Made by a program: the position numbers and the translations under genes
In this document: positions 52,102 to 62,182 of the stretch, in pieces
Layout of the letters: every line of letters starts with the position of its first letter
Numbering within the stretch: the first letter of the stretch is position 1
From: Desulfatiglandales bacterium
GTDB taxonomy: Bacteria; Desulfobacterota; DSM-4660; Desulfatiglandales; Desulfatiglandaceae
Assembly: GCA_963666345.1 (NCBI GenBank)
Contig: OY762721.1
Coordinates: 1,088,001-1,152,000, forward strand
Reading direction: 5' to 3'
Length of the DNA stretch: 64,000 nucleotides
The notes under the pieces: generated by a model
The model's input: the letters and a program-made list of their open reading frames with translations, nothing else
What the model was told of the DNA's origin: nothing
Database searches by the model: none

Positions 52102-54723
52102 ATGTCATCCTTTGCATCAGCCAGACTGGAGAGTTCGAAAGAACAGTTGGTTTCACTGTTTTCTGAAGGTGATATCTCCGAGACATTTCCTCAGAGTTAT
52201 ACCGAACTTGTAGACCGGTATTTTCGTTCTTTTCTTGAGGAAAGCGAGACCGGGCACAGGCTCTTCAGGGGGAAAAAGCCCTTCGCCCTTGTCGCCGTTG
52301 GAGGATACGGACGCAAGGAACTTTGTCTTAATTCGGATATCGATATACTCATATTGTTCAAAGGCAGGCTGCCTTCCACGGCAAAAAAACTGGCCGAGGA
52401 GCTATTTTATCCTCTGTGGGATATGGGGATGGATCTGGGTTATGGAGTTCGCTCCATCAGAGACTGCATCCGTCTGGCCGCAGATGACTTCGAAGTACTT
52501 ACATCCCTTATGGATGCCCGGTTCGTGGGGGGCGATTCACCCCTTTTTCTTTCTCTTGTTGAATCGGTTCAGGACAAAATAATCAAGAAAAAGGCCGGGG
52601 CCCTCAAGATATGGTTTGAGGCCAAAAACAAGGGCAGGATGGATATTTTCGGTGACGCAAGCTACATGCTTGAACCGAACCTGAAGGAAGGCATCGGCGG
52701 ACTCAGAGATTATCACCAGATCCTTTGGCTTTCAAAGGCATTTTTCAAGATTCGCACGCCAAGAGACCTTGAATTCGCAGGCATCCTTTCACATAAGGAA
52801 TATGAGGCACTCAAGGAGCAGCTCAATTTCATATGGCTTGCAAGAAACCGGCTTCATCACCTTTCGGGAAGGAAAAACGACAGGCTCGCATTTGAATACC
52901 AGGAAGAGATCGCAAAAGAGCTGGGATATAGAAACAAAAGGGGCTTTCTTGGCGTGGAACAGTTTCTTGGAGACCTTCATGCCTGCATGGGTGCGATCAA
53001 GTCATTGCGCCGTTCTTTTATCAATACCCAGCTTCCCGGAAACAGGATGAAGAGCCGTATCCTGCCCTTTCCCTTTCCAAAAGGAATTCATATCTCTCAG
53101 GGCGAACTTGAGTTTGACTCGGCTACCGCGATAATCAAAAATCCGATGCTGCTTCTTGAAATCTTCGAGCAGGCAGGCGCACTTTTATTTCCCCTTTCGA
53201 TGGAGGCAAAGAGGCTTGCAAGGGAATTCAGATATCTGGTGGACGAATCATTCATAAATTCGAGGGATGCGGCCATAAGCTTCGGCTCCCTCCTTGAAAA
53301 CAGATACGCTTCGCATGCCCTTGATCAGTTATTCGAGACCAATCTCCTTGAGGCCTTTATACCTGAGTTCGCTCCTGTAAAAGACAGGGTTCAGTTCGAT
53401 GCCTATCATACATATCCGGTTGGAAGGCACCTGCTGGAGGCCGTAAAAAATCTCAAGGAACTGCCCCGGCGAAAAGAGCTGCTCCTGTTGGAAATTTATT
53501 CCAATCTCCCGGATAAGGAGGCTCTTATACTTGCCGCCCTTCTACACGATATTGGCAAAACCGGTAAAGATCATTCTTCAAGAGGAGCGGCTCTTGCGGC
53601 AAGGATATTGAACCGGATGGGCTATCCGAAAAAAAAAGTAAAAATGGTCTCATCGCTGATCAGGAACCACCTTCTTCTGGCAGAGACGGCCACCCGCAGG
53701 GACCTGAATGATGAGAAGATCATTGTCGACTGTGCCGCCATGATAGGGGACGTGGAAACACTCAAGATGCTTTACCTTCTGACCTGGGCCGATTCCAACG
53801 CTACAGGGCCGAGGGCCTGGAATGACTGGGTGGCGAACCTGGTGGAAGAGCTTTTCTTCAAGGTGCTTCATGTCCTGGAAAAAGGAGAGCTGGCCAATCC
53901 CGACAACGCCCGCAGGCTGAGGCGCAAACAATCGCAGATAGCCGGGCTTATGTCTGAAGAAATTCCCGAATCACGTCTGAAAAATTACTTCGAACTTATG
54001 CCCCCCCGATACCTTCTCGATTCAGGCGCCGCGGATATATCAAGACACCTGGAGGCCGTTTTAGAACTGGAAAAACGATTTAAAACAGAGGGCGGCAATG
54101 CCTTTTCCTTTTCCGTAAAGAAAGAAGGCACGGAGGGTTTCTGGCAGATAACTCTCATGGCCGCGGACAGGCCCGGTCTTTTTTCCGATTTTTCAGGCAT
54201 CCTGGCCTTAAATAACATAAATATCTTTTCATCCTGCGTCTATACATGGAGAAACGGAATAGCCGTCGATATATTCAGGACCGGCAACCTCCCTGATCCC
54301 TTGCATATTGAAGATACATGGGAAAGGGTCCAAAGGGATCTGAAGATGTCCCTTGAGGGAAACCTTTCGATCAGGAAAAGGCTCGCAAAAAAGGCATCGC
54401 CTTCCCTGTTGAGTGTTTCAAAAGTTCCTTCGCGTGCGCCGCAGGTATCGGTCGACAACAATTCGTCGGATTTTTTTACCATTATCGAAGTCTTCGCGGA
54501 CGACAAACCGGGGGTACTCTTTCAGCTCAGCAGGGTCCTTTATGAACTGGGCCTTGATATCAGGGTAGCCAGGATAGCCACAAAGGCGGACCAGATAGCG
54601 GACATCTTTTACGTGCTCGACATGGAAGGTCAGAAGGTGGATGAGGAAAATGACCTTGCAAAAATCAAAGAGACACTGCTCTCAATGCTTGAAAAATCAA
54701 TCGAAACTCCGGCCCGGTCCTGA
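52102..54723 (+). CDS. glnD: [Protein-PII] uridylyltransferase
   Basis: AVGGYGR..SDID, EPNLKEG.GGLRD, LLHDIGK, two ACT domains (DRPGL, DKPGVL). Confidence 0.95.
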   Translation: MSSFASARLESSKEQLVSLFSEGDISETFPQSYTELVDRYFRSFLEESETGHRLFRGKKPFALVAVGGYGRKELCLNSDIDILILFKGRLPSTAKKLAEELFYPLWDMGMDLGYGVRSIRDCIRLAADDFEVLTSLMDARFVGGDSPLFLSLVESVQDKIIKKKAGALKIWFEAKNKGRMDIFGDASYMLEPNLKEGIGGLRDYHQILWLSKAFFKIRTPRDLEFAGILSHKEYEALKEQLNFIWLARNRLHHLSGRKNDRLAFEYQEEIAKELGYRNKRGFLGVEQFLGDLHACMGAIKSLRRSFINTQLPGNRMKSRILPFPFPKGIHISQGELEFDSATAIIKNPMLLLEIFEQAGALLFPLSMEAKRLAREFRYLVDESFINSRDAAISFGSLLENRYASHALDQLFETNLLEAFIPEFAPVKDRVQFDAYHTYPVGRHLLEAVKNLKELPRRKELLLLEIYSNLPDKEALILAALLHDIGKTGKDHSSRGAALAARILNRMGYPKKKVKMVSSLIRNHLLLAETATRRDLNDEKIIVDCAAMIGDVETLKMLYLLTWADSNATGPRAWNDWVANLVEELFFKVLHVLEKGELANPDNARRLRRKQSQIAGLMSEEIPESRLKNYFELMPPRYLLDSGAADISRHLEAVLELEKRFKTEGGNAFSFSVKKEGTEGFWQITLMAADRPGLFSDFSGILALNNINIFSSCVYTWRNGIAVDIFRTGNLPDPLHIEDTWERVQRDLKMSLEGNLSIRKRLAKKASPSLLSVSKVPSRAPQVSVDNNSSDFFTIIEVFADDKPGVLFQLSRVLYELGLDIRVARIATKADQIADIFYVLDMEGQKVDEENDLAKIKETLLSMLEKSIETPARS

Positions 54724-54884
54724 AAAAAAGCGCCTATCGTTCGTAAGATATCCGTTCATTTCGCAAATACGGTTAAAAGGTTCCTGCAAGGGATGCGACA
54801 ATACCAGGGGCAGGCGATCATGTCCTCCCCTGCCACCGGGGATCAAACAACTCGACAATGCCGGCCGAATCGCCTTTAACCTGT

Positions 54885-55079
54885 AAAGCAATTTCTGTCC
54901 GTCGGGCCAGCGCTTTGCCTTCAGCTTCATTCAACCCCACCTCACGGTGACGCAGTTGCCGTTCAGCCAACACTTCCCCTTGACGGGCTGACGGGCGCGC
55001 GTATAGGACTTGAGTCCATACATACTTCTCGATACTTATTGAGTCTCACCTACAAGTGGATGCGCCCTGCCGGGCGCAC
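54885..55079 (-). mobile_element. 5' fragment of a class IIC group II intron (no RT, truncated)
   Basis: Starts GTGCGCCCGGCAGGGCGCA right after a terminator; domain I-like blocks GGTGAGA..AGTCC, GAAGTGTTGGCTGAACGGCAA, GAAGCTGAAGGCAAAGCGCTGGCCCGACGGACAGAAAT. Confidence 0.8.
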
Positions 55080-55111
55080 AAACAAAAAGGCCGCAGGCAA
55101 AGACTGCGGCC
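55080..55111 (-). terminator. Intrinsic terminator of glnK-amtB
   Basis: GGCCGCAG-TCTTTGC-CTGCGGCC-TTTTTGTTT. Confidence 0.85.
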
Positions 55112-55126
55112 TTGATAAATTATTGA

Positions 55127-56458
55127 TTACTGCTGCGCGTAAGTGGATATCTCAAAGTCGGGATACGCGCTTCCGCCATGCTCGCCCAGATCAAGCCCTT
55201 CGGCCTCTTCTTGAGGGCCTGCCCTGAGGCCTATCGTCTTATTTACCACCTTGAAAAGGATAAAGGCGGTTGAAAAGGTCCATATAAAGCATGTGACAAT
55301 ACCCAGCACCTGCACGCCTATGATGGATGCCGAGGTGCCTCCCATATTGAAAATCCCCGCTGCAAGAGTTCCCCAGGCACCGTTTACACCATGAACCGAA
55401 ATGGCGCCTACAGGGTCATCCACTTTTACCTTTTCAAAAAAGAGCACCGACAGCACCACAAGTATTCCTGCCACGGCTCCTATTACAATCGAACTCCGAG
55501 GAGACACCGAGGCGCAGGGGCTCGTTATGGCAACAAGTCCTGCAAGCGCGCCGTTCAGACTCATTCCCACCTCAGGTTTTCCGAACTTTATCCAGGAGGT
55601 GAACATGGCAAACACAGCGCCTGTGGCCGCTGCCATATTGGTGTTTACGAATATCATGGCGATGTCCTTGTTTGCAGCCGTGGTGGAGCCGGGGTTAAAG
55701 CCGAACCATCCGAGCCACAGGATAAATACACCTAATGCCGCAAGCGGCATGTTGTGCCCCAGGATCGGCCTTATGCTGCCGTCTTTTCCGTATTTTCCTA
55801 GCCTCGGCCCCAGAACTATGGCGCCTGCAAGGGCGGCCCAGCCCCCGACCGAATGAACCACGGTTGAGCCTGCAAAGTCGATAAAGCCGAGGTTTTCAAG
55901 CCAGCCGCCCCCGTTAAAAAGGCCTCCCCAGGCCCAGCTCCCGAATATGGGATATATGAGCCCGCTTATAAAGATGCTGTAAATGAGATAGCCCGAGAAC
56001 TTGGTGCGCTCAGCCATTGCCCCTGACACGATGGTTGCGGCGGTTGCGGCAAAGACCACCTGGAACATCCAGAAGGCCAGCACCCAGGGATCTCCGCCCG
56101 GGGCAAAATCACTCAGAAAGAATCCCGAGGTACCGAACCACCCTGTCTTTGAAACCCCGAACATAAGGCCGAAACCGAGCGCCCAGAAGGCAAGCGAGCC
56201 CATTGAAAAATCCATGAGGTTTTTCATCATGATGTTTATGGCGTTTTTCGCCCTTGTAAAACCCGCCTCAACAAGAGCGAATCCCGCCTGCATGAAAAAC
56301 ACCAGACAGGCGGCCACCAGGGTCCAGACATAATCGGCATGGGTCTGAACCAGTGCTATGGCCTCTTTGTTGGATAAAACCGTGGGCGCCTCATCCCCCG
56401 CGAACAGGCCCGCAGGCACGCCCAAAATCAAAACAACCATTAAAAGCAAAAATTTCAT
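55127..56458 (-). CDS. amtB: Second ammonium transporter
   Basis: FFMQAGFA, KNLMD, GAMAER, DFAGSTVVH, WFGFNPGS, DDPVGAISVHG. Confidence 0.95.
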   Translation of the reverse strand: MKFLLLMVVLILGVPAGLFAGDEAPTVLSNKEAIALVQTHADYVWTLVAACLVFFMQAGFALVEAGFTRAKNAINIMMKNLMDFSMGSLAFWALGFGLMFGVSKTGWFGTSGFFLSDFAPGGDPWVLAFWMFQVVFAATAATIVSGAMAERTKFSGYLIYSIFISGLIYPIFGSWAWGGLFNGGGWLENLGFIDFAGSTVVHSVGGWAALAGAIVLGPRLGKYGKDGSIRPILGHNMPLAALGVFILWLGWFGFNPGSTTAANKDIAMIFVNTNMAAATGAVFAMFTSWIKFGKPEVGMSLNGALAGLVAITSPCASVSPRSSIVIGAVAGILVVLSVLFFEKVKVDDPVGAISVHGVNGAWGTLAAGIFNMGGTSASIIGVQVLGIVTCFIWTFSTAFILFKVVNKTIGLRAGPQEEAEGLDLGEHGGSAYPDFEISTYAQQ

Positions 56459-56476
56459 TTTACCTATCCTCCGTTT

Positions 56477-56953
<477 letters not shown>

Positions 56954-57022
56954 TCAGGCCTTATAATATTGAATTATATATGTTTTTTAATTTGACGGGA
57001 AAAGAAAGAAAAAATATAATGT

Positions 57023-57064
57023 TACATTATTGAGGTATGTTTTAAAATTTAGTACATTATTGTA
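57023..57064. promoter_or_regulatory. Paired ACA-N4-TG(T/A) sites, putative sigma54 activator binding sites
   Basis: TACATTATTGAG and TACATTATTGTA, 30 bp apart. Confidence 0.55.
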
Positions 57065-57128
57065 ATTTTTTTGTACGCCTGTATCAAAACCCGGGCAAGC
57101 CATGAACACCTATTGGATGCGGGCTGCC

Positions 57129-57779
57129 TTAAAATTCAATCAGATCTATCGCCGTAAGGGTTGTGCGGTTCCTTGTTCCAGGTGCATTAACAAGATGCCA
57201 GGCAACATACTGCTCTGAATAAAGCCGGTCAGACATCCCGTCCACCGGCACTATAATATTCAATTTCCGCATCGCCGCCCCGATGGCTGTACCCAGAACT
57301 GCTCCGTTCGCAGCAGTGCCGACAATAATGACGGTCTTGATGCCTTTATCCGATAAAATCTTTTCCAGATCCGTGCCGTAAAATTTGTCTACCGAGGATT
57401 TGACTATTTTCTCCCCCTTTAACGGAGCGACCTCTTTTAAAATGGCTTCCGGCGTCCCTTTGCTGGTCAGGCTGTAGACGACAGGTATTCCCACAGCCCT
57501 CGCCTTTGTGACAAGTGTCTTGATTTTAGGAACAGAAGCTATACATCGAGGCCTTCTCTCTGAATTACAGGTTCGCTTTTCAATGTCCAAAACCAAAAGG
57601 GCCGTAACCTTGGAGTCCACTTTGACCGGTTTGATCGCAGGGGCCTCCGGCGCTTTGACGCTGGTCCATTCGTCAATAATCGTTTCATCTGCCCGAACAG
57701 GGCCTGTAAAAAACAAAAGAACGCCGAATAAAACGGTTCCCTTCATAATCATTTGTTGCATGTTTCCTTTAATAGTCAT
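57129..57779 (-). CDS. Isochorismatase/cysteine hydrolase family protein with a predicted signal peptide
   Basis: TALLVLD, K..VDKFYGTDL..L..GI.TVIIVG; hydrophobic N-terminus ending PVRA; GGAGG RBS. Confidence 0.8.
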   Translation of the reverse strand: MTIKGNMQQMIMKGTVLFGVLLFFTGPVRADETIIDEWTSVKAPEAPAIKPVKVDSKVTALLVLDIEKRTCNSERRPRCIASVPKIKTLVTKARAVGIPVVYSLTSKGTPEAILKEVAPLKGEKIVKSSVDKFYGTDLEKILSDKGIKTVIIVGTAANGAVLGTAIGAAMRKLNIIVPVDGMSDRLYSEQYVAWHLVNAPGTRNRTTLTAIDLIEF

Positions 57780-58013
57780 TTCTCTTAATCCTCCGATTGT
57801 TTTAATGCTGAGAAATGAAATGACACTATTCACGCATTTGTTTTCTGAAGGAGCTTTTGGATAACCAATCAGCATCGTGTTTCCTGATTGTAACTTCTTG
57901 GCCCAGCCGTGAGGACAAATAGGCTTGTGCTATAATGATGCAGTATTCAAATGGCAAGGCCACCGTATTCTATTTTAGACCACAGTAAGCAGATTTTTGA
58001 GGTATGATTAAAT

Positions 58014-58712
58014 TCACGGCACCTCCCAGAAGGGGCCTAGCTTCATGCCTTTAATTTTGTCGAGAAGTTCGTTTCTGAGAATAGGTCTGTTAGATATAAA
58101 GTCAGGATCCAGACGCCTGCGCATGTGTTCACATGAAAACAGACTGTGCAGATCGGCAAGAGAAATGATTCCATTTTCAGTACTTGGATCGAAAAGCACC
58201 CAATTACGAACATGTTCTTCCGACCGGAAGAAGTTCATGGTGCTTCAGGCGAAACTTATGTCATCGTACCACTTATTGAAAGGAACGGCCACATATCCTA
58301 CGATACCCTCAGGATCAACATTCAATATCTCACCATCTCGCATCTCAACACTTATCGGCTCCCCACAGTGCATGCAAACCGTATCGATCTGAACTTTTTT
58401 ACCTGGAAAAAGCCAGCTAACTGCCAGCGACTCGAAGGCTCACTGGCCAAACCACTTCTGCTCACCGTCCACAGTGATGGGATACTGGTTGGGAAGGTTG
58501 TTGAAAGGGGCCAGGGAAACGATGAGATCTGTTTTTGGAAAAACCCAGCCTGGAAGTATCTCTGAAAAAAGGGCCTGAACGGCTTTTCGGCCGTTCTCTA
58601 TGGAGACCCCAAGTGCCTCAGCTACTTCAGTGAAAAATGGGGCTTTCCCGGTTTCGACAAGACTTTTCATAATGCAGTGGTAGGTTTTGTCTAAGGTTGT
58701 AGGTTCTGACAT
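58014..58712 (-). CDS. MerB-like (organomercurial lyase family) protein with two in-frame TGA codons, probable selenoprotein of 232 aa
   Basis: One continuous frame: ..KWFGQ-TGA(58440-58442)-AFESLAV..CMHCGEPI..ISFA-TGA(58245-58247)-STMNFFRSEEH.. Both TGAs fall at MerB catalytic Cys positions. Confidence 0.85.
58208..58236 (-). promoter_or_regulatory. Putative bacterial SECIS after the second TGA
   Basis: TGA-AGCACCAT-GAAC-TTCTTCC-GGTC-GGAAGAA-CAT-GTTC. Confidence 0.7.
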
Positions 58713-58751
58713 GGCTATTTACCTCCATTTATTATTCTAGTATGAACTCAA

Positions 58752-58767
58752 AGCAATATATGTGCCG
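58752..58767 (-). promoter_or_regulatory. sigma54 promoter of the MerB-like gene
   Basis: Minus strand reads CGGCAC-ATATA-TTGCT, about 40 bp upstream of the ATG (GGAGG RBS). Confidence 0.7.
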
Positions 58768-58894
58768 AACAGGCCTTGCCTTAATTAATAAGAAATCAAT
58801 GCCATTGTATTCAGTAGTATAAGGGCGAATTTTAGGGTAGCATAAAAATTAATTAATATTATCAACGCAATAACTGGACTGGCAATATTGCAAG

Positions 58895-60649
58895 TCATAA
58901 TGGCATTTCTGCCGTTTTTAGCTTTCTGTAAATTGTTGCAGGGTCCATCTTGAGGAATTTGGCAGCCTGCTTTACGCCACCATGTTTTTTAATTGCCGTT
59001 TTTAGCAGCGTTATCTCAAACTGTCTGACGGCATTCTTGAAGGAGCCCGCTTGCTGGATAGGATAATTGAGGAAGTCCTGTCTAAGCTCTGAGGGTAAGT
59101 CCTCCATGATGATTTCATCATGTGGGGTAACCAAAACGAGTCTTTCAATTAAATTGATCAGTTCTCTGACATTGCCGGGCCATTGAAAACCTATTAGATA
59201 ATCGATTACTTCTCGAGAAAAAAAGGCATTTTTATCATATTTGAGATTGGTCTTTTCGAGAAAGAAATTGATCATATGAAGAATATCGTCCGGTCTTTCC
59301 CTAAGAGGTGGGATAAAAATGGGAATGACGTTTATGCGAAAATAGAGATCCTTCCTGAAAGTTCCCTTTTCCACCATGCCTTTTAGATCACGGTTGGTAA
59401 TAACGATGAGCCGAACGTCAACCTTCTTGGGCGTAACACTTCCAATCCTTACGATCTCAAGGTCCTGAATCGTCCTTAAAATCTTGACTTGAAGGTTTTG
59501 GGGCATCTCTCCTATCTCATCCAGGATTAGGGTTCCTCCTTCGGCAGCTTCGAAAAGGCCTTGTTTGCCCTTTGCATCGGCACCGGTAAAGGCACCATGC
59601 TCGTAGCCAAAGAGCTCCGACTCCAGAAGATTTTCAGGTATGGCCCCACAGTTTATTTTGAGCAGGGGGCTGCTGTTGCGCGTTGAGTGCCTGTGAATAT
59701 AGTTGGCAATAACCTCTTTGCCTACTCCTGTCTCGCCCGTTATGAGCACAGGGGCATCCACCTGAGCAACACGCCCGGCCAGTTCAAAGGCTTGCCTGAT
59801 TGCCTTGGATTCAGCTACAATCTGGGCCTTTTCAAAGTGGTGCGTCTTAAGCCTTTCTATCTTTTCATGATATTGACTGTAAGGCCTTTTAGATTCAATG
59901 TTTTTACTTGATAGCCGCCTGATATCGCTTAGTTCCCTGACGTTACTGACAACCATGGTGATATCGCCGTTGTCATCAAATATCGGAGTTGCAGTGACAA
60001 GGGTCTCTTTTCCAGTGAACCATCTTTTCTGTAGAGTGAGTGTCCGCTTTTCCTTGAGTACCATTTTGGTTGCTGACCGGTTTGAAAAATACCCCTCCGT
60101 TTCCAGTTCAGCCACATTCTGTCCCAGGACCTCTCTGGCCGATATACCAGTAATCTTCTCCCAGGAGGGATTAACGCGTATTATGTTGCCTTCACCGTCG
60201 GTGATAAAAAAACCGTCGTAGGATGAATCAATAATCGCAACCATCTCTTCAATCATGTGGCGGCAGTCTTCACATTTATGGATATTCTCTTCAATTTCTG
60301 AGAAATCTTGAAGAATCGTCACCACCTTGATAAGCGATTCATTTTCTAGGATAGGGATCTGATTGACAACAATAGTACGGTCATCCCATTCGACTCTTTT
60401 CTCTTTCTCAAGTTTTACTCTTAACTGAAGATCCTGGAAGTCCTTCCAGATTTCAGGGATAACCTTGGAAATATTTTTCCTTTCCAGTTCCTCGGCTTTC
60501 AGCTTTAGTATTTTTTGTGCTTCAGTATTAAAAAATGCAATCAGGCCCTGGGGGTTAGTTATAATTATACCCTTGGGCGGTAATTCAAGCATCTTCTTGT
60601 ATGTGTCTTGCTCACTTTGAAGTATGTGATTTGATAATTGCAAAGACAT
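58895..60649 (-). CDS. PAS-PAS sigma54-dependent transcriptional activator
   Basis: GETGVGKE, ESELFG, GAFTGA, LDEIGE, WPGNVREL, C-terminal HTH. Confidence 0.95.
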   Translation of the reverse strand: MSLQLSNHILQSEQDTYKKMLELPPKGIIITNPQGLIAFFNTEAQKILKLKAEELERKNISKVIPEIWKDFQDLQLRVKLEKEKRVEWDDRTIVVNQIPILENESLIKVVTILQDFSEIEENIHKCEDCRHMIEEMVAIIDSSYDGFFITDGEGNIIRVNPSWEKITGISAREVLGQNVAELETEGYFSNRSATKMVLKEKRTLTLQKRWFTGKETLVTATPIFDDNGDITMVVSNVRELSDIRRLSSKNIESKRPYSQYHEKIERLKTHHFEKAQIVAESKAIRQAFELAGRVAQVDAPVLITGETGVGKEVIANYIHRHSTRNSSPLLKINCGAIPENLLESELFGYEHGAFTGADAKGKQGLFEAAEGGTLILDEIGEMPQNLQVKILRTIQDLEIVRIGSVTPKKVDVRLIVITNRDLKGMVEKGTFRKDLYFRINVIPIFIPPLRERPDDILHMINFFLEKTNLKYDKNAFFSREVIDYLIGFQWPGNVRELINLIERLVLVTPHDEIIMEDLPSELRQDFLNYPIQQAGSFKNAVRQFEITLLKTAIKKHGGVKQAAKFLKMDPATIYRKLKTAEMPL

Positions 60650-60680
60650 ATTTTTTGACCCAAGTCCGACTGTTTAAAGC

Positions 60681-61394
60681 CTATCCTCCCAGATAGGCTT
60701 CTTTAACTTTGTTGTTGTCCAACAGCTCTTCGGCAGGTCCTTCCAAGACTATTTCACCTGTTTCAAGCACGCATGCATGACTTGCGATCTTGAGAGCGGC
60801 TTTGGCATTCTGCTCTACCAATAAAATAGTAGAGCCTGTACGGTTCAGGTGTTTTATTGCTTCAAATATATCTCGGACAATTAAGGGGGCCAGACCCATG
60901 GAAGGTTCGTCTAAAAGAAGTAGATCTGGCTTTCCCATCAGCGCACGTGCGATCGCTAGCATCTGTTGTTCACCACCGGATAGGGTCCCGGCGATCTGTT
61001 CAGAACGCTTTTCCAGGACAGGAAACATGTTATATATAATCTCGATTCTTTCATTGATCTCCTGTCGAAATTTCCTTTTAAAGTATAGGAAAGCCCCAAG
61101 ATGAATATTGTCTTTAACAGAGAGGTGAGTAAAAATCTGTCTTCCTTCTGGAACCTGGGATATTCCTAATCCAACAACCCTGTTTGCCGGGAGATTGGCA
61201 ATATTTTTATTCTTATAAAGGATTTTACCCTTTTTTATCTTGATGAGCCCCGATATTGACTTTAAAAGTGTGGATTTCCCCGCCCCGTTTGCACCTATGA
61301 TTGAAAAAACCACCCCTTGAGGAATAGTAATTGAGATCCCTTTAAGTGCCAATATATTTCCATAGGATGTCTCAAGTCCTTCAATATTAAGCAT
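60681..61394 (-). CDS. LivF-like ABC transporter ATP-binding protein
   Basis: GANGAGKST, VPEGR, LSGGEQQMLA, LDEPSMGLAP, VEQN. Confidence 0.93.
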   Translation of the reverse strand: MLNIEGLETSYGNILALKGISITIPQGVVFSIIGANGAGKSTLLKSISGLIKIKKGKILYKNKNIANLPANRVVGLGISQVPEGRQIFTHLSVKDNIHLGAFLYFKRKFRQEINERIEIIYNMFPVLEKRSEQIAGTLSGGEQQMLAIARALMGKPDLLLLDEPSMGLAPLIVRDIFEAIKHLNRTGSTILLVEQNAKAALKIASHACVLETGEIVLEGPAEELLDNNKVKEAYLGG

Positions 61395-61395
61395 C

Positions 61396-62175
61396 TTATT
61401 CATTCCCTCCCAAGTATGCCTCAATTACTTTGGGGTCGTTTTGTATTTCTTCGGGTGGGCCTTCAGCTATCTTTTCCCCGTAGTTGAGAACCATAATTTC
61501 GTCAGAAATATTCATCACAACTTTCATATCGTGCTCTACAAGAAGCACTGTAATCCCCTGCTCCCTGATGGACCTTATAAGTGAAGATGCAACCTTGGTT
61601 TCAGTTTCATTAAGGCCTGCTACCGGTTCATCCAGGCATAAAAGATCAGGCTCAGTGGCCAGCGCCCTCCCTATTTCCAATGTTTTCTGGTCACCCAATG
61701 GCAGACTTCCCGAGGGTTCACGCATTTTATCCTTGAGACCGATAAATTCTAAAATTCCAATTGCTTTTGATTGAATATGTGTTTCTTTTCTTCTTGTCCT
61801 GGGGAACGCAAAGCCAGACGCCAGAAAAGATGACCGCGTTCTTGTGTGGCAACCAACCATTACGTTTTCGAGGACAGTCATATTGTCAAAAAGCTCAACA
61901 GTCTGAAAGGTTCTAGAGATTCCAAGATTGCAGATTTCGTGTGCTTTTAGCTGTTGAATGCTTTTTCCTTTAAAGCATATTGTTCCCCTAGTGGGAGGAA
62001 AGATGCCTGTTATGACATTAAATAGGGTAGTTTTTCCAGCGCCGTTTGGTCCTATAATGGCCTTAATGGTCCCCATTTTGACCTGAAAGTTCTGGTCATT
62101 AAGCGCCAGCAGGCCCCCAAAAACCATGCCCACTTTTTCCAATTCAAGGATGTTCTTATTGAATGATTCTTTCAA
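61396..62175 (-). CDS. LivG-like ABC transporter ATP-binding protein
   Basis: GPNGAGKTT, RTFQ, LDEP.AGLN, VEHDM, AYLG. Confidence 0.93.
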   Translation of the reverse strand: MKESFNKNILELEKVGMVFGGLLALNDQNFQVKMGTIKAIIGPNGAGKTTLFNVITGIFPPTRGTICFKGKSIQQLKAHEICNLGISRTFQTVELFDNMTVLENVMVGCHTRTRSSFLASGFAFPRTRRKETHIQSKAIGILEFIGLKDKMREPSGSLPLGDQKTLEIGRALATEPDLLCLDEPVAGLNETETKVASSLIRSIREQGITVLLVEHDMKVVMNISDEIMVLNYGEKIAEGPPEEIQNDPKVIEAYLGGNE

Positions 62176-62182
62176 TGTAGAT

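Noticed and set aside
58014..58712. Reading the MerB-like locus as two small genes or a pseudogene
   Set aside because: Both stops are TGA, in frame and at catalytic Cys positions, with no frameshift and a SECIS-like hairpin after the second.
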